Assembly (NCBI GenBank): GCA_025558095.1
Contig: JAIVFI010000031.1
Coordinates: 1 to 64,000, forward strand
Length of the DNA stretch: 64,000 bases
Origin: Hyaloraphidium curvatum SAG 235-1
Taxonomy: Eukaryota > Fungi > Monoblepharomycota
Direction of reading: 5' to 3'
Part shown: piece by piece, positions 32,388 through 45,433 of the stretch
Position numbering within the stretch: the stretch's first letter is position 1
Layout of the letters: every line of letters starts with the position of its first letter
Notes under the pieces: generated by a model
Databases searched by the model: none
Seen by the model: the letters and a program-made list of their open reading frames with translations, nothing else
What the model was told of the DNA's origin: nothing
Program-made: the position numbers and the translations under genes

Positions 32388-33537
32388 TCAGTCGTCCGCA
32401 TCCGTCCCCGGCACGGCCCTGAGCCACGCCATCCTCGGTCCCACCGCGCTCTTCTTGCTGATCCTGAACCCGAATATCCTCGGCACGTACCGCACGGGTG
32501 CCGGCGCCGGGGGCGGCGGCTCCTCGCCCTCGGAATCCGAGCCAGACAGCCGGCGTTTCGGCTCCGGGGCGGGCGGCGCCGGCGCCGGGGCCGGGCGATC
32601 CGCGGCCTCGGAACCGCCGACGGTGATTCCCGATCCTTCCGAGCCCTCTTCGTGCTGGGAGGGGAAGATGATGGAGCCCGTGGGGATGAGCTCGGGGTAT
32701 GAGAGGAAAAGGAGGCCCGGGAGGGTGGTGGGGAAGTAGGCGCCGTCAAGGTGCCGGTAGCGGGACTGGTAACCGAGCACGTCAGCCGGCGAAGAAGCAG
32801 CGAAAAGCACGGCAGGACGCCCACCTCCCGCGGGTGGTACAGGTCCCCGCACCGCGGGCAGAACAGCTTCACCGTGTCCACGCCCGGCGAATCGGACCTC
32901 CCGCACGGCACCACCGCCTGCCCCCCGCACAGCGCCCGGGGGCACTGCCCGTACTCCCCCGCCTGGAACCGCTCCGAGACGAGCTGCAGCCCCGGCTTGG
33001 TGAGCACGTAGCGCGCGTGGATCAGGCCGTAGAGCTTCTCCGCCCCCTGCTCGACCGCGGCGCTCGGCGGGCGGTCGGAGCGGGAGGATCCCGAGGCGGA
33101 GGAGGAGGGGGAGTCCTCGATGTCCAGGATCATGTCGAGGCATTCGTTGTAGTGCGGCACCAGCGTGTTGAGCCCGCAGAGGTTGAAGTCGTCCTCGATG
33201 AAGTCCTCCGGCACCTCCAGGAAAAACTCGTGGCCTTTTCGGACGCGTGGGGAAGGCAGGGAATCCCACGAGGAGCGATTCGTCGTCCGGGCGGATCCGA
33301 CAGCGGGGCGAGGTCAGTTCCGCGTCGCCGCGCCGTAACGCGAGTCCGCGCACCTGGCAGCGAGCAGAACCAATTGACCCAGGATATTGCCGACGACGAG
33401 TTTGTCGACGTCGAGGTGGAGGACGACTCGTACGAGTCCGAGGAGACTTTTGGAGCCGCGGCGGAAAGGGGGTCGCGGTCAGCACCGAGGGCGAAACGGC
33501 GGGCCGGGCCGCGGGTGGGACGCGTACAGTCCTCCAT
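32388..33537 (-). CDS. CKB1: Casein kinase II regulatory subunit beta
   Basis: SWVNWFCSLPG/HEFF.EVPEDFIEDDFNL, YGLIHARY, CPRALC...KLFCPRC zinc ribbon, DGAYF, YVPRIFGFRI. Confidence 0.93.
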
Positions 33538-34070
33538 GGTGCCGCTGGCGGGCGGCAACGGGCCGCGAGAGGGTGGGGAGGGCGCGGGCAAAGGGGCGAA
33601 GAAACGCTGGGCTGCGCTGACGCCGTCGCGAAAAGCTGGAAGCACCGACAGACCTCACCCGCTGCAACGATCAGCGGCTTGGATTATCGGAAGCTGGGTA
33701 CGTGATTCAACGGAGGCGCCTAAGCTCCTGCGTTGCGGCGGCGGACCAGATCTCTCCTCTACCGCTCCGCATCCAAGTATGTCGTCCGGTCACTGGTTTC
33801 CAGCAACAGCAGCAGGATGTCTGCTTGCTTCATGTTGCGTTGGGCGAAAGGAAGAATAAGTACTTTCCCGCTCGCGCTCGAATCTTGTTGGCATTTCATC
33901 GGGATCCGAGGTGCACGAGGTCGGATGTACGGAAAGCAATCGGTTCAGCCAATGACCAACATGCACATCAAGACGACGTCTGCCATGTTCCTAGAATGTT
34001 TCTTCTAGCATGTCCGCTACCATCCCCGTGCCATGCCAAGTGTCCTCCCAAAATCGCGAATCGTGCCGCC

Positions 34071-34961
34071 TCACTCTGCCATCTTCCTGACCATGTCGAG
34101 GTCCCACGGGCTCTTTGCGCCAAAAGCCGTGAACGGCGGGCGCAGATCCTCGTAAACCCTATAGGCCTTGCTCCCGATGTCGTCCCGCGTCCCCTTCTTC
34201 TTCGCGATCGCGTCCATCAGCCTCTCGACCTCGTCGAACCTCGCCCCGAACTGTCCCCTGAGGAACCTTTCGGCGCCCTTGGCATCCACCGTCGACGCCG
34301 ACGTCTCGTCCGCGATGATCCCGCGCACCTCGCCTTCGGCGTTCTCGGCCGCCAGCACCTCGGTCCCGAACGCCGGGAACGCCTCGACGGGAAATTGGCC
34401 CGCCAGCGCCTGCGCGCTCCGCTTCTTGGCGGCCTGCTTCCACTTGGCTTCCTGCGGCGAGTCCTTAGGTGCCATCCCGAGGGTCTGCTTCCGCGTCTGC
34501 GCGAACTCGTGCGCGAGCACCTTGGCGAACGAGGCCGCGGTGCCGCGGGAGTAGCCCTCCAGGCGACACACGGCGGCGGCCCACATCTGCAGGACGGCGC
34601 TGCGGGTGACCATGATCACATCGGGCTTGGAAGACGCGGCCGGCTTGGCGGGGGAGGCCGGTGGCGAACTGAAGGTCGCCTCGGCGGCGTCGGCGGATGC
34701 AACCAGCGCGGCGAGGAAGGCCGGGTCGTCCTCCTGCACGTCGGCAAAGTCATCCGCGAATTCGTCGTCGGCGTCCGGCTTCGCGATGGCCGGTTGCGGC
34801 TTTCCCTCCCGGCCGGGACCGGAATCCCCATCGGGAGACGGAGGATCGGCTGGATGTGACTCCTCCGCCGGGCTGGCCCCCCTGCGACGCGTCGATCGGC
34901 GTTTCCCTTGCTCTGCAGCATCACCCTCCGCCTCAGGCTTCCTCTTCCTCGGAGAAGTCAT
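34071..34961 (-). CDS. Uncharacterised protein, intronless (NLS-like/acidic N-terminus plus globular domain)
   Basis: Clean 296-aa ORF; PRKRK; VTRSAVLQMWAAAV...FLRGQFG...AYRVYEDLRP...FGAK...DL. Confidence 0.7.
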   Translation of the reverse strand: MTSPRKRKPEAEGDAAEQGKRRSTRRRGASPAEESHPADPPSPDGDSGPGREGKPQPAIAKPDADDEFADDFADVQEDDPAFLAALVASADAAEATFSSPPASPAKPAASSKPDVIMVTRSAVLQMWAAAVCRLEGYSRGTAASFAKVLAHEFAQTRKQTLGMAPKDSPQEAKWKQAAKKRSAQALAGQFPVEAFPAFGTEVLAAENAEGEVRGIIADETSASTVDAKGAERFLRGQFGARFDEVERLMDAIAKKKGTRDDIGSKAYRVYEDLRPPFTAFGAKSPWDLDMVRKMAE

Positions 34962-35082
34962 AGGCTAAAATCGCTGCGGACGGCGATTTGAAATCCCTTG
35001 GAATCCTGACCACAGCCGTTCTCTTTAGAAGCTCGGAGGCCGGAGCGCCGCTGCCCCGGCGAAGCCGTCCCGCGCTCCGGCG

Positions 35083-38000
35083 ATGAGCGCGGACCCGCCG
35101 ATGGGCCCGGTGGCGGGGCAGAACGGGGCCGGCGCGCCCGCGGGCAACCCGCTGCCTCCCCCGCCGGCCCCCCTGGCGCAGACGAAAACCGTCGCGTCGC
35201 TCGAGTCGATGGCGCAGACTATCGTGGAGCCCGTGGAGGACCCGGACCGGGAGGTCGGTCTGCCTGGCCTGGGGCGTCTCGCGGTGCTCAACCGTCGACC
35301 AGGTCGTCTTCCCGAGCACGCGTTTCGTGAAGAACGCAAACTACATAAAGACAACAAAGTACACCATCCTCACCTTCCTCCCCCTGAACTTGTGGAGCCA
35401 GGTGCGTTTGCCGGTCGCGTTCCGCCTCCGACCGGGCCGCTGACCTCGGCAACCGCTCGCCGCCGCAGTTCCACCGCCTGTGGGCCGGAAACCCTTGCTC
35501 CGGCCTCCAATCGCGATTCCTGACACGCTGTCGTTCCAGATATAATCTCTACTTTCTCCTCGGGGCGTTGTCCACCATCGGGGGGCAGAGCGCCGTGTCG
35601 GCCGTGGGTCACGCGGCTGTCGCGGCTACATTGCGGTTTCTAACCCGGTTTCCGTGCCCAGTGGACGGCCATCTTTCCCCTCATGTTCATTCTCGCGGTC
35701 ACGGCGGCCAAGGACGGGTGGGAAGACTACGTGAGTGGTCCGCTTTCTTGCCGCCGGTCCTGTTCCAACACCGTCCCCCACGACACCCAGAAACGCTACA
35801 AGGCGGACCAAAAGGCCAACAACGAGCCCGTGACGATCGTCAAGGACGGCAAGGAGCAGGTCATCCCCAGCAAGAACGTCCAGGTCGGCGAGATCCTCAA
35901 GGTGCACAAGGGCGAGAAGTTCGCCGCGGACCTGGTTGTTCTCGACACGTCGTTCGACGACGGTGTGAGCTACATCGAGACGGCGGACCTCGATGGGTGG
36001 GCGTTGCTCGCCGCTGGGAGGACCGCGGATGGCCGGCTGACCGCCTTTCCCGGCCAGCGAGACGAACCTGAAGCGCCGCACCGCGCTGCCCGAAACCAAG
36101 GGCTTCGCCCTCTCCCCATTCCCCGGCAAGGTCCAGGCCGGCGTGCCCAACAAGGACCTCCACGAGTTCGACGCCCGCCTGGTCATCAACCGCGGCACCC
36201 GCGAGTCGGTGCACTCGCTTTCCATCAACCAGTTCCTCCCCCGCGGCGCCGTGCTCCGCAACACCGAGTTCGTGTACGCCGTCGCGGTCTACACCGGGCT
36301 GGACACCAAGGTGATGAAGAACAACACCCGCGGCGCGCTCAAGTTCTCCACCCTCGAGGGCCGCCTCAACGCCCTGGTCTTTGGCATCTTCCTCTTCAAC
36401 CTCGTCCTCCTCATCTCCGCCGTCCTCCTCTCCCTCAACGTCACCCTGACCATCTACAACGGCAACGTGTACTACTGGTACCTCGCCAACCCCAACGACC
36501 CCAACGACGAGTTCCAGCCCAACCGTTCCGGCGTCAACTATGCCGCCGTCATCTGGAACGACATCCTGACCTGGTTCGCCACCCTCTCCTACGTCATCCC
36601 CCTCTCCCTCTTCGTGTCGATCGAGCTCGTCCGGATCGTGCAGACGTGGATGATCCAGGGGGACGAGCGCATGGTCGGGTACCGCAAGCCGGACTACAAC
36701 CCCCGGACGACGGCCCTGGGCAAGGACGGCTTCCTGCAGCTGACCCTCCGCAAGAAGGACCAGACGATGAAGAAGGCCGAGGTGGCGGCCAGGTTCGGGA
36801 CGGACCTCGTGGGCGAGACGGGGGACGTGCGGGTGGGGTTCGAGAAGGAGACGGACTGGTCTGGGGTGCCGGACACGTGGACGAGGATCGGGGCCACGGT
36901 GAACAACTCGAACCTGAACGAGGACCTCGGGGTGCTCGATTTCCTGTTCAGCGACAAGACGGGGACGCTGACGAGGAACGAGGTGGGTTTCCGCGTCGGC
37001 GGACGATGTCGCCTCGACTGACGGCCTCCGCCTCCAGATGACGCTCAACAAGGCGTGGATCCCGTACCAGACCTTCGACGACGTCAAGGACGTCGGCCGG
37101 CTGGGCAAGGCCATCGCGCGCGGGCACCCCGGCGAGCAATTGCACGACGCCGCGCGCCTCTTTGCCGAGGCCCTCGCCGTCTGCCACGACGTGCTCCCCA
37201 CCATGACGGACGACCCGTCGCAGGGCCTGCTGTACGAGAGCCCGAGCCCGGACGACATCGCCATCTGCAACGGGCTCCGCCGGAACGGGGTCGAGATCAC
37301 GGGGAGGACAAAGACGCTCCTGCAGACGAGCTGGTTCAACGAGGAGAGGGACTACGAGTTCCTGAGGCTGCTCGAGTTTTCGAGCGACAGGAAGAGGATG
37401 AGCGCCATCGTCCGCAAGGACGGCGTGATCTACCTGTACATCAAGGTTGGAGTGAGCATGGGTGCCGACCTTCGACGGAACGCTGACGCCGTCTCTCCAG
37501 GGCGCCGACAATGTCATTCTTTCCCTCGCCAAACCCGACCACGACCAGCAGGTCCTGGAAGCCGCCGGCCAGGCGCTCAACGAATTTGCGCGTGACGGTC
37601 TCCGGACACTCGTTGTGGGCTACCGAACGCTGTCGGAGGAGGATTGGATCGCGTTCCGGGACCAGCTCGACGCGGCCGAGAAGCGGATAAAGGACCGGGA
37701 CGCGCGCATGGCCCGCGTCATGGATACGGTCGAGCGGGACATCACCATCCTGGGCGTCACGGGCATCCAGGACCGGCTGCAGGACCAGGTGCCCGAGACG
37801 ATCGCGTACCTGCTCCAGTGCGACATCAAGGTCTGGGTGCTCACTGGGGACAAGCAGGAGACGGCAATCAACATCGGCCTCGCCTCGCGCGTGATCAACA
37901 ACGACTCGCGGCTCTTCGTCTACAACATGCGGGACCGCGCGGCCCTGGAGGCCAAGCTCGACGAGACCATCTCCCAGCTCAAGGCCGCTGGCGAGTGGGG

Positions 38001-39734
38001 CAAAGACCACGTCAAGCCGGAGGACATGATGGACCCGGAGATCACCAAGACGCTGTCGCTGGGCCAGCGCGCCGCATATGCGTGGAAGCGGTTCCGCCGG
38101 TACATGGCCTGGCTCATGCCCGTGAACCGCAACCCGCGCGCGGGCTGGGGCGACCCGCCCGAGGTCGAGGACACCTGGAGGCGCAACGCCATGGTCGTCA
38201 CCGGGGACGCGCTCAACATCCTGTTCGAGCCGTGGGGCACGCAGCAGCACGGCCGGATGACGGACCTGCAGCGAAAGTTCCTCGAGGTCGGGACGAGGTG
38301 CAAGTCGGTGATTTGCTGCCGCGTGGCGCCGCTCCAGAAGGCGCAGATCGTACGCCTCGTGAGCGACGGGCTCCACAAGGTTTCGCTGGCGGTCGGGGAC
38401 GGCGCAAACGACGTTCCCATGATCCAGGTGGGTTGACTGCGTGTTTTGAGGGGAGCGAGCTGACGGAACTGCACAGGCGGCGAACATCGGGGTGGGCATT
38501 TCGGGCCGGGAAGGCGGGCAGGCGGTCCGCGCCTCGGACTACTCGTTCCTCGAGTTCAAGAATTTGAGGACGCTCATCTCGGTCCACGGACGGTGGAGCT
38601 TCCTGCGGATGTGTCAGCTCATCTACTACAGCTTCTACAAGGTGATTTGGACTCGAAGACGGGAAACCGCATGGCTGATAGCACGCCTCCAGAACATCGC
38701 CATGATCAGCGTCTACTGGATCTACGGCTTCTTCACCCTCTGGAGCGGCACGAACATCTATGAGGAGACCTTCCTCGTGTACTTCAACGTCGCGTTTTCC
38801 GCCGTCCCTCCCTTCGTCGTCGCGTGCTTCGAGAAGGACGTGGCGCGGACGCCGTTGTACCGCTATCCGGAGCTTTATCGTGAGGCTCGGGTTCACTATT
38901 GGAACCTGCAGACCTTTGCAGGCTGGATCCTCGCCGCCGTCATTGTATCCAACAGTGAGTTTTGCCGCCACCTCTTTCTCGAAGCCGATCTGACTCTTCT
39001 TCCAGTCGTTTTCTTTGTTGGATTCGGTTTCTGGGGTGAGGGGATCCTGTCGCCGAACGGCTGGGGTATTGGATACGACTCGGTCATCTACGTGTGGTCC
39101 TCCTTGAGTGAGTGTTCCGCCTTGAGGGCTAGCTGTCGTCCGCTCACCCAGCTTCCCTCCAGTCCTGACCACCGTCATGTATCGGCTCGCCATTATGGTG
39201 AAGGGCTGGACGCACCTCCATTGGGCGGCCATCGCGCTGTCCTTCCTCCTTTGGATCGCGCTCCAGCTCTTCTCGGTTTCGCGGGACTTCCTTGCCATCA
39301 CGTTTGGCGAGCTCCACTCGATACCGACCTTCTGGTTCATGATCATGTTCGTCCCCGTCGCGGGGATCATCCTCGATTGGGGTCTGATCGCGCGGCGCGT
39401 GCTCTTTGACACACCGGACTACCGGATCATCAACGAGGAGTGGGCCGTCGAGTGCGAGCGGAACAAGTACCTGGACCCGAACACGGGCACGGAGCTTCCG
39501 CGGGCAAAGACGCTCCCGGAAGGCTTGCCGGGGCAGACGACCATGAACATCTCCACCGTCTACCTGGACGCGGAACCGGCGTTGAACGGTTCGTCAGACT
39601 TGGGGGCGTCGCCGTCGCCGTCGCCGTCGCCTTCGCCCTCGGCCTCGCCGGGCCCGCCATCGGCACCCGTTGCCCGGGAGATTACGTGGCCGGCAGTACA
39701 AAGCGGCGGGAGCGACCGATTGCAGAGCGTTTAG
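35083..39734 (+). CDS. P4-type ATPase (phospholipid flippase), multi-exon
   Basis: TTKYT, YIETADLDG/ETNLK, IPLSLFVSIE, FSDKTGTLT, SPSPDD, EFSSDRKRMS, KGAD, WVLTGDKQETAINIG, CCRVAPLQKA, GDGANDV. Confidence 0.95.
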
Positions 39735-39828
39735 AGCGACAAGGAAGATACCATATGGATGTGTGACACTCTTTGTCTTCAGACAATTGATTCTCTCTCT
39801 CTACTCTCGGCACCGCTGCTTAACTGCT

Positions 39829-41343
39829 TCACTTGCCGTCCTTGGCAGTTTCGCCCCACATCAGCCCCTTGTAGCCCGTCCACCGGCCCCACTTCGAGTG
39901 CTGCGGATCCTCCCGCAATGCCGGGTAGTCGACGTAGCCGCGCTCGATTGTAGCGTAGAACAAGTTGGCGTCGTACTGCTGAAGGATCAGCCCGGTTGTC
40001 TGAGGCGGGTTGTAGGGATCGAACACCGTGTTGGTCACGACCGGAAGCCCCCTCCGAATCCGCTCGACCAGGTCCGGGTTCGAAATGAAGAGCCGCGCGA
40101 AGCCGACCAGATCAACGTGGCCGGTGTGCTTCGAGAGCAGCTGGGTCGCCATGTCGGGAAGGTAGCCGCCGCAGGTCAGAACCGTGATGCCGAGCGAATG
40201 GGCGAGGTTCGTCAGGGGGTCGAGGCGCGGAGTCCTGTAATCAAGCGGCTTGTACCGCATGTTCGGAGGCTCCACGAAGTGAACGTAGGCAAGGTTCAGG
40301 GCTGCCGGATCCAAGATATCAATGCCATCGATTGACTCGACTGCAGGCGAAGCACGCACGAGCCAGCATTCTTAGCAGAGTCGAGTATGTCGCGATGGGG
40401 TCCTCGTCCGAAATTTCGCCTTGACTGTCGCCAAGTGTCGTCAGTTGCCCGAAATGACGTGAGCAACATGCGGCCCACCTTCCCCAAGGGCTCAAGCGGA
40501 TTGCGACGCGGCCGCTTTCGCCGTCCAGGGCCTTGATCGTCTCCTTAACCGATTCCACGAGGAAACGGCAACGGTTCTCGGCCGAGCCGCCGTAAATGTC
40601 GCGCCGCTTGTTCGTCCCGCTTTCGAGGAACTGATTCAGGAGGTAGCCATTGGCGCCGTGGAGCTCGACGCCGTCAAATCCGGCCTCGCGAACCGCGCGC
40701 CTGGCGCCCCTCCCGTACCACGTAGTCCGCTCACGGGCCTCTTCGGTAGTCAGTTCCCGCGGGACCTCGTGCGGTACCTTCTTCCCGCGGCCAAGGATCA
40801 CATCGTCGGCCTGGGCAATCGGAGACGACGAAACCGGGAGCTGGTTGTTGGGCTGGAAAGCCGAATGAGAGGACCGTCCGCAGTGCCAGGTCTGGTAGAT
40901 GCATAGTAATCAGGAGCGCAAGAGCGATGCCGCGACCGACATCCAACCTGCATGAAGAAGACGCCGTCCGGTTGCGCAGTCTTGACGGCCCGAACGACCG
41001 AGCGCCACGACTCGACTTGCGGGTCGGACCAAATTCCAGGGCACCGCGGCGCCGCAACTCCCTCCGGATCGATGCAGGTCGCCTCTGTGAGCACGAGGCC
41101 GCCCGGCGTCGATCTCTGAACGTAGTACTTCGAAACCAAATCCGCTTTGGGCACGCCGTCGAGCCCGACACGGTGCCGGGCCATCGAGGCCATAACGATT
41201 CGATGCTGGAGCTTGAATCCCGGGGAACCGCCCAGAACGAGGGGCGAGAAGACGGGCGAGTCCTGCCCATTGCCGGGGGAGACACCGTCGTCTTTGAGGT
41301 GGCCAGCCAAGTTCTGGACCCTCTCGTTCGCCTTCTGCGCCAT
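39829..41343 (-). CDS. Old yellow enzyme (NADH:flavin oxidoreductase) with N-terminal PTS2
   Basis: LQHRIVMASMAR, YYVQRS, GFDGVELHGANGYLLNQFL, YGGSAENRCRF, IRLSP, FARLFISNPDLV, GYVDYP; RVQNLAGHL near the N-terminus. Confidence 0.93.
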
Positions 41344-41795
41344 TTCTACGGCGATTTCTATCTGTAGGAGGCAAGTTTCGTCGTGTTCAGTGCGAGGGCG
41401 GCCGACTTCTCCTGTGGCAGCGGCGGTGCGGTTTCGCAAGGAGGCGCCGAAGGTCCCAATCGCCACCACCTTCAACGTCCCAGCAGGAACGGCATCGATG
41501 GTTGAAAGTAGCTCCAGCGTACTTGTATTTCGCTGTCAGATGGTCTCCCAGCGGGATTCCTTGCGATCGCGGTCGGGTACAGAGGCGGTCATCCAGGGTC
41601 CTCGGCGATCGGACGAGGGTCTCCCACCGACCGAAGCGCCCCCTCCCACTGGCCGCAGTCCCTGCCAGTCCTGCTTGCTCACCTTTTCTATTGTCTTGCG
41701 GAGTCTCGACTACCGTCACGCACGTCCTGCGGACGGGTGAAAGCGGACAGGGGACGGAGACACGCTCGGAGCTGGACCCCTGAACCGCCGCGAAG

Positions 41796-43874
41796 ATGGA
41801 GGAGTACGTCAAGAAACTCGAAGAGGAATCGGAGCAGCACAAGCAGAAGGTCAAAGAGACCGTCATGACCCGCGATTCGCTCGGACTCCTTGGCGATGGC
41901 GCCGAACTCCGCGACGACTTCCCTTCGCCCGTTGTCCCGAACAAAATCATCATCGTGCCGGTCGATGGGAGCCCCGATTCCTGGGCAGCTTTGGAGCTCG
42001 GCATGCAGCAGGCGCTGAACCCGTCGCCGCCGGGACCCTACAGGCTCTACGTGCCGGCCCTTGCTTACTACTGGTTGGCGATTGTCATGGGCCGGGCCAA
42101 AGGCTGCATGTCCCTGACAGAATCTTTCGTTCTCCAGGGACAAGATGCCGGGCTCGAAGGAGGACAAAGAGGAGAAAGCGTCTCGCTACGCGGAATCGGT
42201 GTGCCATTTGAGAGTCGTTGGTTGTGTGTTCCGGCACTAACGCCGGTTGTTCGCAGCTCAAAGCCGAAGCCATCAAGAGGATAATGGATTTTGAGAAGCA
42301 GAGTGGCAAGAAGCTCTTCTACAACGCCGCGACCGTGTCCGTGGTTGGCAACCTGGAGAAGGAGTTCACCAAGTCGTACGATCGATGGGTCGAGAGCCAT
42401 CCCGACCCGTCCTCGCACCCGCGGATTATCATCGGCCTCCAGGATCCTTACGCCGAGGCAAAGAACAAGAAGGAGAGCGACCTCCTCAAGCAGGTCTGGA
42501 AGCACGCCTCCACCGGGACGGAAATCATCGTCGTGGACGCTCAATCGAACTCGATCGTCAAGACCTCGGCGAACCTTTCGTCTGCCTTTCCGAGCCCGTC
42601 TACTTTGCCATCTCGGGAGCAGGCCATACCCGCGGCGCTTGCTGCTATCGCTGCTGCTCACGAAGGCCAGGCTTCCAAGGCGGCGGCAGCTCGCGGGGCT
42701 GGTGCCGCGCCGCCGTCGGACGGTTCTGTTGCTGCTGCGGCGGCGGCTCCCGCAAAAGCCGATCCGTTCCTCGACGCCACCAACAAAGCATTCGACGACT
42801 TTGAAAAGGAACTGGATGCCTCTCTTGGAGCGTCGGCAGCCGATGCGGGTTCCGCGGCAGAAGCTGCGGTGTCGTCTACGGCGGAGAAGGCTGAAGCCGC
42901 GACGGAAAGCGTCCAGGCCGCTGCCGCTGCGGAGGCGCCGACAGCATTGAGCGATGCTGGTAGGACTCACCGTGTCGTCAGCGTCACTTTCTACTCACAA
43001 AGCGACTCTTCAGCTGCCGCCACCGCCAGCGTCACCGCTCAGGATTTGAAGGCTCCCGCCAGGAGCAGCAGCTTGACCGCAACCGCTGCCGCTGCCGCCC
43101 CTGCCGTTGTTGCTGCTACTGCGGCCGCGTCTGTGTCGGATTCCGGCGTGGCTTCCGGCGCCTCCGCTCAGGCGACTCAGGTCACTGTAACGCCGGTCGA
43201 CATCGACTTTGCTTCTTCAGAGATGGCCAAGCGGATGCCGATTGCTGTGAGTGTTCTCGGGCTGCTGCCGGCAGTCCCACTGAAAGTCGCCGCAGTACGC
43301 CAAGTACGTTGACAAGGCCACGGGAAAGTCGACCTACCACTCGACAATCGCGCCGGAGGTCCAGGCTTCGCACGTCGGGTCGTCCTTCACGGTGACGCTG
43401 CGGGCCGAGAATCTCGCGAAGAAGGACTTGCTTGGCAAGAGTGATGGTTTCATTCAGGTGTCTAGGCCGACGCGTGCCGGAGGTGGGCTTTGGCTGTCGC
43501 CTCAGTCACACAGTCTCATCTGACTCCGCTCCATCTAGGTCTCGTACTCGTCCAAGCGTCGTCAATCGTGCCGAAATCCCTGTCGCCGACTTGGCCTGCC
43601 ATGAAGATGTCGCTGGATGCCCTGAACCGCGGAGACCTTGACGTTCCCTTGCTTTGGGAGGTGCTCGACGACGACAACGGATCAAGCGAGCTGATCGGGT
43701 CGTTCGAGGCCAGCGTTTCGGACATGCAGAAGACGAAGGTGGGCGACACGGTTTCCGAGAAGTGCAATGGTCCTGACGAGGAACTTCCAGTCGTTCCCCT
43801 TGGTGGATCCCAAATCTAGCAAAAAGGACCTGGGCGTGGTGATCGTGGAGAGCTGGGCGCTCGGCAATGCCTAG
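41796..43874 (+). CDS. Multi-exon protein with USP-like N-terminal domain, Ala/Ser-rich linker and C-terminal copine-type C2 domain
   Basis: KIIIVPVDGSPDSWAALE (USP start motif); LRAENLAKKDLLGKSDGF...SLSPTW..MSLDALNRGDLDVPLLWEVLDDD..SELIGSFEAS (copine C2B-like). The start and exon joins are uncertain. Confidence 0.6.
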
Positions 43875-43953
43875 TGACCAAGAGCTTACGACCCACTACA
43901 TTACTTCAGTAGAAGACCTCTGAGCTCCGCGACCCTGCCCTACGCCTGAAACT

Positions 43954-45433
43954 CTACCCTCTCCAGTTCTGCGTCGGCATTGGCCGGTTCCGAAGGATGA
44001 GCTCGATCTCCTCCATAATGTCCGGCGTCAGGCGCTTGCTCAAGTCGAGCGCCTTAATGTTCTCCGTGATCTGCTCCGGCCGCGAAGCTCCGATGACGGC
44101 GCTCGTCACATCCGGGTTCACGAGGGTCCACGCGATGGCGAGCTGTGCCGTCGTACCTCCCAAGCGCTTCGCGATGGGCTTTTGGGAGCTGTGAGCCAGT
44201 GCGGGGGCGGAAAGAACCGAGATCCCACCTCGAGAAGCTTCACCCGCTCGATCTTGCTCTTCCCGTAATCAGTGAAGATCTGGTCCGCAATGTTCTTGAT
44301 GTAATCGTTGATCTTCGTTCCAAAGGCAAAGCGGGAGTCAGCGGGGAACTTGTAGTCGTTGTACTTGCCGCTCAGTATGCCTCCGTCAACGGGGGACCAA
44401 ATGAGCGATCCTGTCGGCAAGTGCATCAGAACGCTTGCCGGCGAAGTCCCCACTAGGCGCCCACCAATGCCGTGATTCCGGAACAGCGGCTTGTATTCGA
44501 CCTCTTGTCGTTCCCGCCAAAACATGTTGTCTGCGGCAGGGGAATAAGGTCAGAGGGGAGGTTGGCCGTGAATGGTGATGCCCACATTGAGGCTGCTCGA
44601 ACTGCGGACGAACGGGCACATTTAGAAAACGCTCCCGGGCCTGTCTACAAGGAATCACCCACAATCGGTCCCTGGAGCCCGAGCTGCTTGGCAACCATGA
44701 TCGCTTCGGTCGTCTCTGCCGCCGTCCACTGAGAACGGTCTTCAGCGCCGGGCCGTATCGGGACAGGCTCGAGGTACCTCGCTGACAGCCCAGTAGTAGC
44801 AGAGTCCATGGTCAATCAGGTAGTTGAAGGCCCGCACGGTCTCCTCGATCGGCGTCTCGACGTCGGAGCGGTGGGCGACAAATATGTCCATGTACTCGAG
44901 CTGCATTCTCTCCAACGAGGCCTTGGCTCCTTCGACGATGTGCTTCCGCGAAAGCCCGAGGTCGTTCGGTCCCAAAGAGCCGTCCCCAAAGAAGAGCTTC
45001 GAGGAAACGACGAGGTCGGACCGCTTGAAGCCGTGCTCCTTCAGCGCCTTCCCCATGTCGATCTCGCAACGACCATCTGAGTTCGCGGCCCGGATCAGAA
45101 CGGGAACCACCGCGAAGACCACCAGAGCGCGCCCGACCGCCATAAGACTCCGAAGTGTCAAAGTAGTTGATCCCTACGTCGAACGCGGTCTTGATACAGG
45201 CCGAGCACATCTCTGCCGAAACGCGACCGCGTTGAGGACGGAGTCCCGCCCAGCTCGGACCCGAGCCGTGTCCCACCGTACGGGACTTGCTTGCCGTACG
45301 TTATCCAGCCTCCGAGGCCTATCCGGCTGACCTTCAGGCCGGACCGCGACCCGATGCGCTTGTAGGTCATCTGCGGGGGCTTGGTGCCCCACGTCTTCGT
45401 GAAGCTGTCCCAGTGCTCGAAGAGCTGCGTCAT
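43954..45433 (-). CDS. Aldo-keto reductase, Kv-beta (AKR6)-like, multi-exon
   Basis: SGLKVSRIGLGGWITYG, GINYFDTSESY, VVSSKLFF, GLSRKHIVEG, PIEETVRAFN, WSP..GGILSGKY, AQLAIAW, GASRPEQI. Confidence 0.93.

Noticed and set aside
39607-39652. (GTCGCC)n microsatellite
   Set aside because: An ordinary coding Ser-Pro low-complexity stretch in the flippase tail.
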